Shown here piece by piece: positions 38,445-51,980 of a stretch of DNA of 64,000 nt. Origin of the DNA: Utricularia gibba (taxonomy: Eukaryota; Plantae; Magnoliophyta); assembly GCA_002189035.1 (NCBI GenBank), contig NEEC01000023.1, forward strand, positions 806,001 through 870,000, read 5' to 3'. A program made the position numbers and the translations under genes. Each line of letters begins with the position of its first letter. Positions within the stretch are counted from its first letter, which is position 1. The notes below the pieces were generated by a model. The model saw nothing but the letters and a program-made list of their open reading frames with translations. It was not told the DNA's origin and did no database searches.

Positions 38445-41023
38445 ATGGGTTTGGACGACGGGCCTGCGCAACAGACATTAGATGCGGGACACGGAACAGC
38501 CGATGTGCCGGAGTCGGGCCATGCAAATGTTGGTGGTAATGGTGTAGCTCAGATGGAAGCGGACGCGCTTCCAAATAACTTGGCTCAAAAACTCAGGCTG
38601 AATCCGGATACAGATCATGAGCCTGATAACTACGAGGATTTGGAACTGGAGTTCAGCCCGTTGATCTTCAGCTCATTGGAGCGGTATCTTCCTCCTGACC
38701 TTATCAATCAGGAGCGCGATGTGAAGGTCAACTTCTTGCGTGAAATTCTTCTTCGCTACTATCCTGAAAGCGAGCGGATTTGGGTTAGTGCTTCATGGAT
38801 ATCCAAGGCAAAGTATCACTTCTTATAGCCTTAATATTTCTGTCAAATGCACCTTGTTTGTGGCTTCCTTATCCAGTAAACCATGCAATAGTCTCTTCCT
38901 TTCATTCGTCTTAAGTTTTGTTGATTGAATGGAAATTGCTTTTTCTGTATGTTAGTGGGGTAATCTTTTCTAGTTTTTATTAGAATTGATTTCCCCGGAA
39001 GGCATGGGTTATCTTTGTGGCTTGTGCTGTGAATGTGAAGTTAGAGTGAGGAGAAAGTATGAGCCTTGGTTTTAGTTATGGTGGATTACGACATTTTAAT
39101 AGTTCTTTGCCTTTTTATCATTTACTGGAATTTTAAACGTCCAGCATTTTCTTTCTGGTGCATTGTTATCCTATCTACCATACTTTCATGTATTTCTAAA
39201 TGAAGTGCTCCCATTTGTGTATTTATGTTCCGCCTACTGCAACTGAGATTCTGCTGTTACGCAATGGAACAGTCTCAGAAGCTGAGGGAGTATCGACGGA
39301 AGATCATGACAAACTATCAGGTTCTTTGTGTTTTGAACAAATATATGCTATCATTTCCTTTCCCTCTATGACGTTTTAATGCCTCTCCATCAGCGTCTAC
39401 ACGAGGATCTGTACAGTGTGAATGCTGAAAAGTTTTTTACCCCCACATTCCTTAGAGCGATAAGGGATAACACTGAACAGGGTTTTAGAAATATTATGTC
39501 TGAACCCCATCCAGGTGTATTTGCATTTGAAATTTTCAACCAGCAGTTCTGTCAAATGATGATTTCAGAGGTGAGCTGTTAGTTCACATTTGTTACACCA
39601 TCTCATATATTTACTTTAGGTTTATTTTTCAATCGGTTTTGAATGACATAGGTAGAAAACTTTGAAAGATGGATAAATGAGACAAAATTCAGGATTATGA
39701 GACCTAATAAACTGAGTAAGCATGGTGCTGTACTTGATGATTTTGGGTTCACCAACATGCTTGATAAGCTTCTCAGAGATTATATACGCCCTATATCAAA
39801 AAGTAAGAATCTAATCTGATCCGCTTCTTACTCCAGTATCTGTTGAGGGAAAAAAGTGGAAACTTTAATTAGTCACAATCTCTGATGCGTGCAGGCAAAT
39901 GTTGATGTTTTTTTTTTTTTTTTTGCAGTTTTATTCCCTGATGTTGGTGGTGCGACACTCGATACACATCATGGATTTGTTGTTAAGTATGGGATTGAAA
40001 AAGATGTGGATTTGCGTAAGTGGCAGTTTCTGAGGATGCAGTCTCTCTCTCTCTCTTTTTCTCTTTTTCCCCTTTTTCATGCCCAAATCGTTTCCTGAGT
40101 AATTTGTCTTGCCATTTCTTTAAATAGTTTAGTCGTCCATTGCATTCTTGTACCCATTCTTTAACATGATTGTTTGCATGCCTCATAAAAAAAGTTGATT
40201 AATCCCACTGCTGGTGTCACTCTTTCCCCTAATCTGCATGGAGTTACAGTCCGTGAAGATTTTAATTCCGTACTTTTTTTTTTATTTTACCAAGATTGAG
40301 TTTCTCAGCTGCTTTTCACGTGGATGACTCGGAAGTCACTCTAAGCGTTTGTCTTGGTTCAACATTCTCTGGTGGTGGACTTTGTTTTCGTGGTTCACGC
40401 TGCGAAAAACATTGGTATTCAGATGCACAGCTGGATGTGAGTTTTTCTTCTCGACCCCTTTCACCGTTCCCATACGAATAAGTTCACATTTTCAGGAGGC
40501 TTTCGACTACCAGCACATCCCTGGACGTGCCATTCTTCATCGTGGTTCCATTAGGCATGGTGCTAGGGCGACCACTTCAGGAACGAGAATCAATCTCGTG
40601 CTGTATTGTAGAAGGTGAAGAACACTGACTCTGCTTCTCTTTTTTCATTAGCCTTTTCCTTTCGGGGCATTTTTAAAAACAATCTGAGTTGGGGAAACCT
40701 AGGCCTTATATGCATCAACTTAAAGGGTAGAGGCAGTGTGGCTGGCTGCCATGTAAACTCATGCATTCATCTTTTTCTCGTACCTGCAGCTCTGCATTCA
40801 GGCAACTGATGACGAATCAGCAAGATTTATCTGCTCTGTGCGCGGAGTGTCGCAGGCAGAAGGAAGAAAGGCAGCGTCAGGCTATAGCTGCCACGAAAGG
40901 GGTAGGTTGATCTTTTTGTTCTGCTCCACATCCGTTTTAGATGCCTCGAGTGTGGTTCCCACATGGCTCTTTCATGTCATCCAGGAGTTGCTGAGGCAAG
41001 ACCCCTACCACCCTGCTGCTTGA
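38445..41023 (+). CDS. 2-oxoglutarate/Fe(II)-dependent oxygenase of the PKHD-type ICU11/CP2 (At1g22950-like) family, multi-exon
   Basis: KLRLNPDTDHEPDNYEDL, SSLERYLP, EPHPGVFAFE, FPDVGGATLDTHHGFVV, HxD motif FHVDDSEVTL, distal His RHGARATTSG and RINL. Confidence 0.9.
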
Positions 41024-41235
41024 CAAGAAGCCCCCATATCATATGGTAAACCCGTGCTTTTCGTTTCCGCAAAGTGAAAGAATTACCAGCGTGTAAATAC
41101 ATACAAACAGACACATGCAACAAGGTCTGGACATATTCAGATTCTGAGTGACCAGGAAGGATGTGTTGAAGATGGAAAGCAAGAGGCAGCAGTAATTTAT
41201 TAGAGCATGGGCGTAGGCAGAGTCTCATCGAGGCC

Positions 41236-43438
41236 TCAATCCAAGGCGCGAAGTTTTCCTAGAGCATCCAAAACATGCCTCATGGAAGGTCTTTTGTCAG
41301 GGCTGGTCTGTGTGCAGCTGACTGCAATCTTGAGAGCTGCTGCGATCACCTCGTCGTCCCCATCATGACCTTGGGACAGATGTGGATCCAGTACATCGCG
41401 AAGGGGCCTCTTCTCCACCATCCACGTGTGCATCCAGTGAACCACATCCGTTTCGGAGCTTCCGCCTTGAACTGATGCTGCTGATCTTCCCGTGATCATC
41501 TCAATCAAGATCACCCCGTAGGAATACACATCCCACTTCTGAGATGGCTTCCGTGTCTTGGCTACCTCTGGGGCTTGATGACACTGGCTGTAGGAAGACG
41601 TCGACGACAATGTCGCAACGTCAGAGGGCCCTCCTATCCCCCCCGCACCAGAGGCCATGCGACTCAGGTGTCGAGCCGGCGACCCATCTGCAATGTAAGC
41701 CAGGTGGCCGAGCCCGAAGTCCGAGATCTTTGGCTCCATGTCCTGGCCGAGCAGGACATTGGATGGCTTGATGTCACCGTGGACATATTTCTTAAGACTG
41801 AACTCGTGAAGAAACACCAGGCCTCTGGCAACTCCTTTCATTATTTTGAGTCGAAGGGGCCACGAGAGCGGCAGGAAAGGCGGCATCCCTAAACCCCCCG
41901 GGTTCCCTGCGTCAGACAGACCAAGGCCTGGTTACCACCAAACATGACAAGGAAGGGGGGTACAAGTAAGAGAACAAACCATGAATTGCATGAGCCAGGT
42001 TCCCATTGGGTATGAAGTCATATATCAGCAGCTTCTCATCCGCAGAGCAATAGTACGCCCTCAGCCTCACAACATTGGGATGTCTCAGCTTCCCAATTTG
42101 CTCAACTTGGTGCTGAAACTCCCTGAACCTTTGACACCCTCCTCCCAGTCTTCTCACAGCCAGAGTCAGCCCATCTTCAAGCACCACTTTGTACACAATC
42201 CCGATCCCGCTCTTGCCCAGAACGAATGCAGATGCCTTGAGAAGTTCATCCAGATCGAAGGTCACCTGTGCATCCAATGCCACCAGATCATACTGCTCGC
42301 CATTCTCGGACAAAGTGTCAGAGTCGTCCTTCTGGAAGCATGAGCATTCGTTCCTTGCTTTAACTCCCTTCTCTGCGTTTTCCTCCTTGCCCTTCCCACA
42401 AGGGGATAACCTGGAGTAGCAGTACGAGAACAACAGCCCAATGAAACATATTCCGATTACGTCCCCGGTGATGACAGCAATCAACCCGAGTTTGCTCAAA
42501 CTCGGGCCACCAGCAGCTCTTCCACTTGACGCTGGTGGATGACCATTGGGTAGTGTGTACGGTGAATTAGCTTCATCAACAGCAGCGCAAGGATCCTTCA
42601 ATGGCGGACCACAAAGATCCGGATTTCCAATGAATGCTGTTGGCCCCCTGTTGATCAACGCTCCATTTTGCGGAATGGGCCCACTTAGACTGTTGTACGT
42701 GAGATCAATGTACACCTTTTCGGGTAGATTTCCGAGACTCGGTGGGATTGAACCGGTAAACTTATTGTGAGATAAATCCATGGTTTCCCGCATGTTGGAA
42801 AGATAGCCCATGTCTTCGGGAATGGAACCACCAAACTGATTCACAGAAAGATCAAGTTTTTCAAGTAAAGCCAAGTTTTTACCAAAACCATTAGGCAAAG
42901 AACCGGTGAAGTTATTTTGACTAAGAACCAGAATCCTTAACCTTCTGCACTGAATCAAGGAAACTGGCAACGACCCATTCAAGAAATTCTGTGACAAATC
43001 TAAAGTTTGAAGGTAACCAAGATTGCCAACTTCATATGGGAGCGGCCCAGAAAAGGAATTCCCGTAGAGCACCAAACTTTGCAAACCTCTGACGTTGAAT
43101 AGCTCCGATGGCAATCCTCCAGAGAGCTTATTATTCCTCAAATTTACATGACGAAGTTCAGATAGAGACCCAAGTGAGGAAGGTAAAAAACCCGATAGTT
43201 TCTTCTTAGGAATGCTGAGAGAGATAACTTTCTGCTCTTTGCACACAATGCCATTCCAGGAACAAGGGGTTTCATCGGAACGGTTCCAGTTGTTGAGAGA
43301 GTCCTCAGGGTCTTCAATGAGCGAACTCTTGAAAGATAACAATGCCATACCCTCATCATTCAGAGAGCTTGCACACATAAAGTTGTAAACCCCAAATGAA
43401 ACGATCACCACAGAAGCCCAATAGAATAGCATCCCCAT
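41236..43438 (-). CDS. ZAR1: Leucine-rich repeat receptor kinase (LRR-III), 2 exons
   Basis: Signal peptide, LRRNT ([16 protein letters not shown]), LRRs, TM segment, [46 protein letters not shown] and [10 protein letters not shown]. One intron at about 41898-41975. Confidence 0.9.
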
Positions 43439-44648
43439 GGAACCCAGGAAAGCAGCAATATCTGTTCTTCTGAACACTCTCAGTTCTGCTTTGCACTTTG
43501 CAACAGAAAAAAAAAGGAAAAAAAACAATCAGCAAAAAAGAGGGTAGATGAAATGGGGTAGCTTACAACCAGAGGAAGTAAATAGACGAAGTGGCGGAGG
43601 CTTTGACAGTAAGGGAGACTACGAAAGGTGCTCCCGTAGCGAAGGTGAAGTTGCTTTCGGCTTAACAGCACGGTGCCATTGAGAGGAGAAAAAACATCAA
43701 TTTCAATGGTAAGTTCTGGTTTTACAACTGCAGATTAACTAAATACAAGACTTGTGTTCATCCCCAAAAAAAAAAAAGAATCAGAAACCTTACAAAATAA
43801 TCCTCTCTGTTTCAATTTCTGTCCACTGGATATAGCTCCTTGAAGAAAAAGATAGAAATGACGTTTCCGTGAATACAAACAAATGTATGAAGGCTTTTAC
43901 TAATTGAGAATCATTACTACAAAGCGACATTAGACATAAATAAAAAAAAAATGTCCATCGGAAAGTACCCTTTATCAGCAGAGGCCATTAGAAATAGTGA
44001 TTCAATGAACTTACCATACGTGCCTGCCTTGTATTAATTAACGTAAAAGGAACTTTAAATGTAGGTGCCTTGTATGTCTGACTGGAAATTGAACATAAAA
44101 AATTCTGGAGAAGAAATTTGCCTGTTCCAAGAAGAAGCAGCACAAGATGTATTTGATGACTGGTGAAATTACAAGTGCCGAAACGCATTCCCATTAGTGT
44201 GGCAGCTGTTGCTGTTGGTCTGCTCTCGACTGGCCAGTCGCGAAGACAAAATGAGAATCAGAATCATCCCAACAAATAGCTTCGATTGCTGGACATTAGT
44301 CCTGAAAGTAAGAGACTCGTTGCAGCACCGGTGCTCCCTCAGAAGTCTAGTAGTAGCCCGACCTCGTCCCCTGTAATTGGGCCGCCATCTTGATTGAACG
44401 CGGCCCAACATGATTGGAAAATACTAACAAGCAGGAAGGTCGCCATGGCTCAAGGGGCCGGGCCCCGCCACTTGCTGCTGCTGCATTCCAAAGGACTGGC
44501 AGTAACGTCGTTCATTCTCCCTCCTCCTCATACTAACCGCCGTTTCTCTTCTCCGGCGTCCCCGCTGGTGAGTGGTGCCACCTTCCATTTCCAACAATAC
44601 CTCGAGGACCAAGGACGCTGCATCGCCTTGGAGGAGCAGCATTCATTT

Positions 44649-45858
44649 ATGGCATCTCCGCTCTTCCTATTGGCTCTCCATCTCTCTCTGCTTTTTTCTG
44701 GAGGTATATAACTAGCCGTCAAGCTTTTCTTCGGTTGCTGTACTGGATTCCTTAGGGAGTGAAATGAAAAAGGCATTAGTGTGCCCATTTTCTATGTTGA
44801 TCTGGGGTTTGGTTTCAGGAGTACTTGGAGCCAAGTTCACATTTGTGAACAAATGTGAATACACGGTGTGGCCAGGGATACTGGCGAACGCCGGTAGCCC
44901 CAAGCTCCAGAGCACCGGATTCGAGCTCCGGCAGGGCTCTTCCAGAACTCTTGCTGCACCAACTGGATGGTCCGGTCGATTTTGGGGGCGAACGGGGTGC
45001 TCATTCTCGGCCGGATCCGGTTCTTGCCAAACCGGTGACTGTGGCTCTCGCCAACTAGAATGTGACGGTGCGGGTGCGGCACCTCCGGCAACGCTGGCGG
45101 AATTCACCCTCGGAACAGGTGGATTGGACTTTTACGACGTTAGTCTCGTCGACGGCTATAATCTCCCGATGATCATCGAGCCGAGTGGGGGATCCGGCAC
45201 CTGCGCCGCCACCGGCTGCGCGACGGATCTAAACCAACTTTGCCCCGAAGAGCTCCGGGTTGGCAGGGGGGAAGCTTGCAGAAGCGCGTGCGAAGCCTTC
45301 GGTAGCCCGGAATATTGTTGCAGCGGCGAGTACAGCACACCCAACTCCTGCCGCCCGTCGGTTTACTCCCAGATGTTCAAAACAGCCTGCCCCAAATCCT
45401 ACAGCTACGCATACGATGACCCAACTAGCACTTTCACCTGCTCCGGCGCGGATTATACGGTCACGTTTTGCCCCTCTTCCCTGAGGTACCTAAAACTTTA
45501 CTTTCCCCATTTTCCGGTAGCTTTTGCTTCATAATTTCACATTCCGCATCTCCCCATCTGCAGTCAGAAATCTTCAATGGATCAAAATCCAACGGAAACG
45601 ACTGCGACTACTACCACCGGTGGGTCTCTATCTGGGTCTGATCCAATCAGCATCAGCTATTCCGGAGCTGTATCCGGCTTTGGTGTGACCGGGCCGGACC
45701 TTGCATTGGATCCGGAATCAGATTCACATGACTCCCTCGCCGATGGATCAATGGTGGCTGACTTAGCCATGGGGAATGCTGCGAAACTCTTGAGTCCGCC
45801 TGTTATCCGTTCATGGGGATTCATTGTCTCCATCATTTTCCTCTGCATTCCTATATGA
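44649..45858 (+). CDS. Thaumatin-like protein (PR-5) with Ser/Thr-rich tail and hydrophobic C-terminus (possible GPI or TM anchor), 3 exons
   Basis: Exon 1 MASPLFLLALHLSLLFSG (44649-44703); exon 2 from 44819 with FTFVNKCEYTVWPG, SGRFWGRTGC, ATLAEF, DFYDVSLVDGYNLP and FKTACPKSYSYAYDD. Confidence 0.93.
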
Positions 45859-46330
45859 ATGGCCACTATACCGCAGTAGTAATTGAATGTCTAAGTAGAG
45901 CAGTTCATCTTTTTGGTATTGTTGTTACTATGACCTGTTGGCTTGTCTATATTGATGAAATAATGCATCTCTCTTTGCCCCACATATCAAAGTTGGTGCC
46001 TTGGAGATTTTTGTTGCCATGGGGATGCAAAAACCACAAAAGCAGATGGGGGATGGTGAACAGGGAAAAGGCTAAAGACCACGCCTTTGCTGAAATGGCA
46101 AGCATTATCTACAGCCATCCCCTGTCTGATGCTCCCTCCTGTGGAAGCCATTCAAAACTGAGTTGAGTACAAGCAAGGAATCTAGAGTCATATAACAGTG
46201 ATGAATGAACCAGAGAATGATGAGAAATCCTTGTAAACTTGCTGGTTCTTCTGAATTTATGTGCTGGAACCTATATGGATTTAACATCCCCTCCTTATTC
46301 AGCAGACATTGCAGAGACTACAAGTGGAGT

Positions 46331-48208
46331 TCAATCCCGAGGCTGAGGCACTACCGGTGCTTCCTTCTCGGTCCGCTCGTCATAGATCTTCTGATAAACG
46401 CCCCTGGTTCTAAAGGATAACAGGAGGTCCAATCCAAACCCAACCACGCAGGCGATGGCCATAACAACATAAACGAGGCGGTAGCAGTGGGCACCGAAAC
46501 AGGTGTTACCTCCTTCGGCAGTTCGTGTGGCCTGGGAGTCGTACAGAAACCCGGCAAGTAAGCCGGAGAAGAGGAAGGAGCCGAGTGGGAGGTTGAGGAT
46601 GAGAATGTTGTAGACAAGTCCGTAGAACTTGAGGCCAAAGAGCTCCGAGGCTGTAGGGACGGTGATGGCGAGACGGAAGCCGTAACAGATTCCAACGACG
46701 ATGGAGCCGACGTAGAGCGATCCCGGCAGGGCCACCGCCATGAGGACGTAACCGACCGCCATGAGAATTTGTGAGGCTGCGTTCCATATCGGCCTCGGGG
46801 TCCCCGCTCGCCTACACGCCACAACCCCCCAATACAAAAATTAGTAATTGGAGGTGCAATGAGAAATCTATTTATAAAAAGGGCCGGCGGCCGGCAATCA
46901 CGTGCCGGGCTCAGAAGAATGAGAAAAATTCACTTTACACAAAAATCAGTGCCGGAGAAGACGAAGTGGAGAAAAAAGGGGCTCACTTGATGAAGAATTC
47001 TGAAAGCGATCCCGACAAAATTCGGCCGAAGAATCCCCAGATGCTCGTCAACGACACGAAAATGGAGACATCGGAGTATCCCATCGCGACGCCCATTTGC
47101 CCTAGATTGTTCATAACCGTCAGCCCGGTGCCCACTCCGCACAAGAACGACGTGAACAAGATCCAGAAGTCCAGGCTCTTCAGAACCTCAACCACCGTGT
47201 GTTCTTCGCCGAGTACCGGCGGGCGTGCCCCCTTGACCTCGTCTGGAGTGCGCTGTTTCGCCGCCGCATCCTTCAAGAGTAGCGCCTCCCTGGCGTCCCT
47301 CTCGGTATCTGTGGATGGGGAGGAGGAGCGGAGGAAGTCTTTGACGGCGAGGTGAATCGGGATTGAGACGGGGGAGAGGAGTAGGATTACGAGTATTACG
47401 GCGAAGATTTGGGAGAAGAGGCGGCCGTGGGTGCCGGAGATGTCGTACCCTAGCAAATAGAGGGCGATCACGACTGAGAGGGTGTTGATGACCGCGAAGT
47501 ATTTGGTCTCTTGGGCGTCGGAGGACGACGACGGCGCTTCCCGGAGGAAAGCGATGGCAGTGAGGCAAACAAAGAAGGGAATAATTGCGAGCATGAGGAG
47601 GAACTTGGCCGGGTCGCTTGCGAATAGCGCAGAACAGAGATCCGTGAAAATGGCGGTGCTCAAGCCGATATACCCCTTGAGAATCCGGTGACGGGGCCGC
47701 GATTCTTACGGAAATTACGAAGGCAGGTTACCAGAACTGCGGTGTTCATCCACGTCGTGCTGTTTCCTCCCATACACAGAAACACACACATCTGAAATGG
47801 AAATCAAACCCTGAAAATTAACCCCAAGTCCAACCATGGGAGGGAGAAAGACCGTAACTACTATTGCGTCTGACTTACAGCCCAGTAGGGTAAGGGTTGA
47901 ATCCGGCGGCTGACGACGAGCCACTGAGCGCCGTAGCCGATGAATCCTTCAATGGCGCCGATTAAGAGTATGAGGGGGGTGGGGACGGTGTCGGATGCGA
48001 GGCCGGCGAGTAGACCGAAGGCCTTGCCCAGGTCCTTGGCGACGGAGAGGCTGTTGAGTTGCAATTGAGTGAGGGCCATGAGAGTCTTCAAGGCGTCGGA
48101 GTAGTTGGAGAAGGTGTAGTTGTTTCCCGAAATCGATTGCACCCAGAGGGCGGCGACGAGTCCCAGCCATTTCCCCGCAGTGGAGGCCGGCGCGAAGTTG
48201 AAGCCCAT
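46331..48208 (-). CDS. Nodulin-like / NFD4-like major facilitator superfamily protein, 3 exons
   Basis: KWLGLVAALWVQSISGNNYTFSNYS, MGGNSTTWMNTAVLV, LDFWILFTSFLCGVGTGL, GFFGRILSG and ELFGLKFYGLVYN. One base is missing at 47684 (RGPVTGILKGYIGLSTAIF is restored by +1 A), probably an error. Confidence 0.92.
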
Positions 48209-49140
48209 CTTGGTGGCGGCGGAGTTGCAGTAGTTCCTGGTTGGTTAGTTATTTAAAGATGATATTTTCGGACTCTCTTCTTCTTTAATTCCATCTAATT
48301 CAAGACCGGGACCGGGACCCGGACCCGGACCGGGTTGCTTATTTCCTTCCCTTAGGGCTCCGCGGCTCGGGACTTGGCAATTGGGAGGGGCAGGGCATCC
48401 TCCTCGTCCCATTTCTTTCTTTTTAATTGGCAAATAATGCTGGAAAGGGAAACGAGACAGGACTTATCATCCCAAAAGGTGCGATACGCAGGCGGACACG
48501 TCCCCTGTGGGCCCCGCCCAACGACTAACAACTTCAAATCCACTAGCGCTTACTTCACTATTCTCGACCCAGCCCAAATTATGTGGGCCGGAGCCTTCAA
48601 ATCCCGGCCCATTTAACAGACGCTTGCTTGTCTGCTGTTGGGCCGGCGCCTTTGACGCGTAATTAACGCCGTCCTCCGGAGGTGCAAAAACCGTTTGTCG
48701 GCGGGTCAGATTCTCCCGCCGGTCCTTCGCACGAACACGCCAACCACAATAAACATTAATTTTGTTCTCGGACCACCGACGATTCTCGTTAGTTAATGTA
48801 CAGACAAAGCTTTCGCTGTCCAGCCGTCCGGGCAGGCCATATTTCCTATTATTTTCTTTACCCACATGCCTGCTTCCTCATCGAAATAATGGAGATAAGA
48901 ATATGTTCCTTCTTCCTGACTAGTTCACCCATGATTTAGATATCAGAACCACTCGTTGGTTGTGGTCGTGGTGCTGTCTGCTTTCTTCTGCTCAAGTGTC
49001 GTTTCGGGACGGTTTCGCCTTCGATTGGGATTACTTAACAAGCACTTATACTTGCTTAAGGTGAACCTTTATAAACAATCCTTGATCTTCTTCTGGATTC
49101 GGGTTGTGCAATAAAATAAGCACCAGAGTTTCATGGAGAA

Positions 49141-51759
49141 ATGACGGTTGCCAGAAGGAAAGTTGTTGTCGGCATAAAATACGATGAATGCTGCGCTAAC
49201 CAGCTGCTTCGCTGCGCACTCAACAATGTTGTGAAGCCCGGAGACGATGTTTTGGTCCTTCATATGTCTCCCAATTCGGGTACTTGTTACCTCCTACTCT
49301 TTCATTCTGTCTGAAACTTTGTTCCAAAGGTTCCAATTCCATGAGTGCAGGTTGTGTTTCCAAACGGAAGGCACTGTTGGATTGTCATATGCAAGAGTAC
49401 AAAAGCTTGTGCTCTGAGTTTCAGGTTCCTTTTCATGCTTCAATCTCTTTCCCATGTTTTTATCTTCTTCTTTTGAGATTGAATTATGGGGGTTTCCATA
49501 GGTTGATCTTAAGGTAGAGCTCTTGGTCGGAACTTCATACAGAAAGGTTCTTGTTAAGGAAGCAAATAAGAGATTAGCTTCTGCTGTCATTGTGGGAGTA
49601 ACTAAGCAAACTGCTCTCAGGTTACAGCTTTAGAACTGGTTTCTGTTCTTTGGGTTTCAGGTGATTTAAAGGATTGTTTTTTTTTTTTTTTTCTTCTGCA
49701 GGGGATGGGCATCAGTAGCTGTGTATTGCATCAAAATGCTACCTCGAGCTACTGACATTATCCTGATTTACGATGGGAAGATCGTATACCGCAGGTGTCC
49801 CCCTCTCGATTCGGAAGGTCTGGAGACGACTTCGAACTTGAAACAAGTTTTGAGCTTTGCAGGGCGGTCTGAAGACAAGGGTTTGGATAAATCTCAACAC
49901 CATGAAGCAGAAGGGCCAAAGATATGTGGCTACACCTCGGAAGAAAAAGCTGATGATCGGAAGGCGAAATACGAGACGCTGAGCGCCGTCGGACGGAGCA
50001 GGAGACGCGCGTTGACATGTGTTTCACTTCCACCGGAAGACTTCTCCCAGGAGATCCCTGGCTGGCCATTGCTTAGGACAGCGAGTTTAACCCCAACAAG
50101 GAGGACTGCGGAAGATGCTAGGAAGATGTCTGTGGTGAAATGGGCCATGAGCTTGCCAAGGCGTTCGCTCTCGATGGCAGCTGAGGCGATTGGGAGTGAT
50201 CTGGAATCCTGGGGAGATGAGACCTTGAAAGGCAGACAGCAGGAGGCGAACGATGAATTGAAGCTTACATTGATGAAAAAAGGCCTACGCTGCAAGGTTT
50301 TCAGCTACAACCTTCTCAAAAAAGCCACATCTTGCTTCTCAGCAGGTTGGTTACTCTTCCATCGACATCTTTATGGGTGCTCCTTTTCATGTTGTCTGAA
50401 AGCCGTCTGCTACTGAATCTATCAGAAAATTTGATTGGGAAGGGAGGATGTAACTCGGTGTACAAAGGAGTTCTCTCTGATGGCAAGAAGATTGCGGTGA
50501 AGGTCAGATTATCATCAAAAGAGGCACAGAAGGACTTCGCAAGGGAAGTTGATATAATGACTGCAGTTAGGCACAAGAGAATCACGCCCATTCTCGGGAT
50601 ATGCATCCACGACGATCACTTGATTTCTGTTTATGAGTTTTTAGCACGAGGAAACTTGGAGCAGAATCTCCAGGGTAAGTAAAGAACAAGGAAAAGGATC
50701 TGGAGTTTTTCTTTTTCTTACCTCCATTCATCTGCATTCAGGAAGAAACAGAAAGGAGAAAAGCTGTTCACTCCCGTGGAAAGCCAGATTCAAGATAGCC
50801 CATGGGATTGCACAAGCACTTGACTATCTGCACGGTGCAAGCCCCAACCCCATCATTCACAGAGACATCAAGTCTTCGAACATTCTACTGAATGATGACC
50901 TAGAACCACAGGTGCATACACTCGACATGTTTTCGTGTTGATCAAAAGCACCCTAAATGACCATTTTACCGGGTTGAACTTGGCGCAGCTTAGTGATTTT
51001 GGACTAGCAGTGTGGGGATCACGGTCATCACCTTTCTTGGTGGACACTGATGTAGCAGGGACATTTGGCTATCTTGCTCCCGAGTACCTGATGAATGGTG
51101 AAGTAAGCGAAAAGGTTGATGTATACTCTTACGGGGTAGTTCTTCTAGAACTGCTCTCTGGAAAGAAACCCATAAACTGTGACCCTACAAGAAGTGGAGA
51201 AAGCCTGGTGATGTGGGTAAGAAACAAGGACTAACTAGATTCGCATGTGTTCCAATCATTCATATGAAGCAGCAGTAACATAAGAGCTCACATATTTTTA
51301 CCAGGCAAGGCGTAAACTTGAAAGTGCTGATGTAAGGAGCATATTGGATCCAAAGCTGGATGGTAAGGTTGATGATGATCAAGTGCAGAAACTCGGTCGA
51401 GCAGCAAAACTATGTCTTGCACATGCTGCGAGGCTTCGTCCCCAAATGAACCAGGTAAGTTCAGTTCTGTAATGAATGCTTCAGGAAATGTTGAGCTGCA
51501 TCCCTCAAGCCATAGCTACGTATTATTTGTTTTGCTTCAGATCCTGTGTGTGCTGGAAGGGAAGGATGCACGGACGGGCGTCGAGAAAATAACTTGTGAT
51601 GATGATGAACTTTATCCGGACTCAAGCGTGGAATCACATATCAGTGTTGCATTTGTGGATGTAAACGAGGACTCTGAATCATGTATGAGCAGCAGCAGCC
51701 CTATCCGTATGGAGGATTATCTGAAGAGCAGATGGAGCAGGTCATCAAGTTTTGAGTAG
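49141..51759 (+). CDS. Receptor-like cytoplasmic kinase with N-terminal USP/adenine-nucleotide alpha-hydrolase-like domain, 9 exons
   Basis: [79 protein letters not shown] and SRWSRSSSF. Confidence 0.9.
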
Positions 51760-51980
51760 TAGCATTCCTCCCTGATGAGGAGGAGGTCATGAAGGCATCA
51801 CGTTACTTCAATCAGTTCTGCCTCGTGGCGATAAATGCAAAGATAAAGCAAGCGTACAGAATAACTTCATACACAGATCAAATGAGATAGATCTTCAGAG
51901 TATCAACAAGGATTCTGGATAACATATGTACTTAGAAAGAAGAGCCTCAATCAATTGGAGTTCGAGAACCACCTAGAACG

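Noticed and set aside
44391-44412. miR171-like TGATTGAACGCGGCCCAACATG
   Set aside because: Too many mismatches to miR171 and no hairpin.
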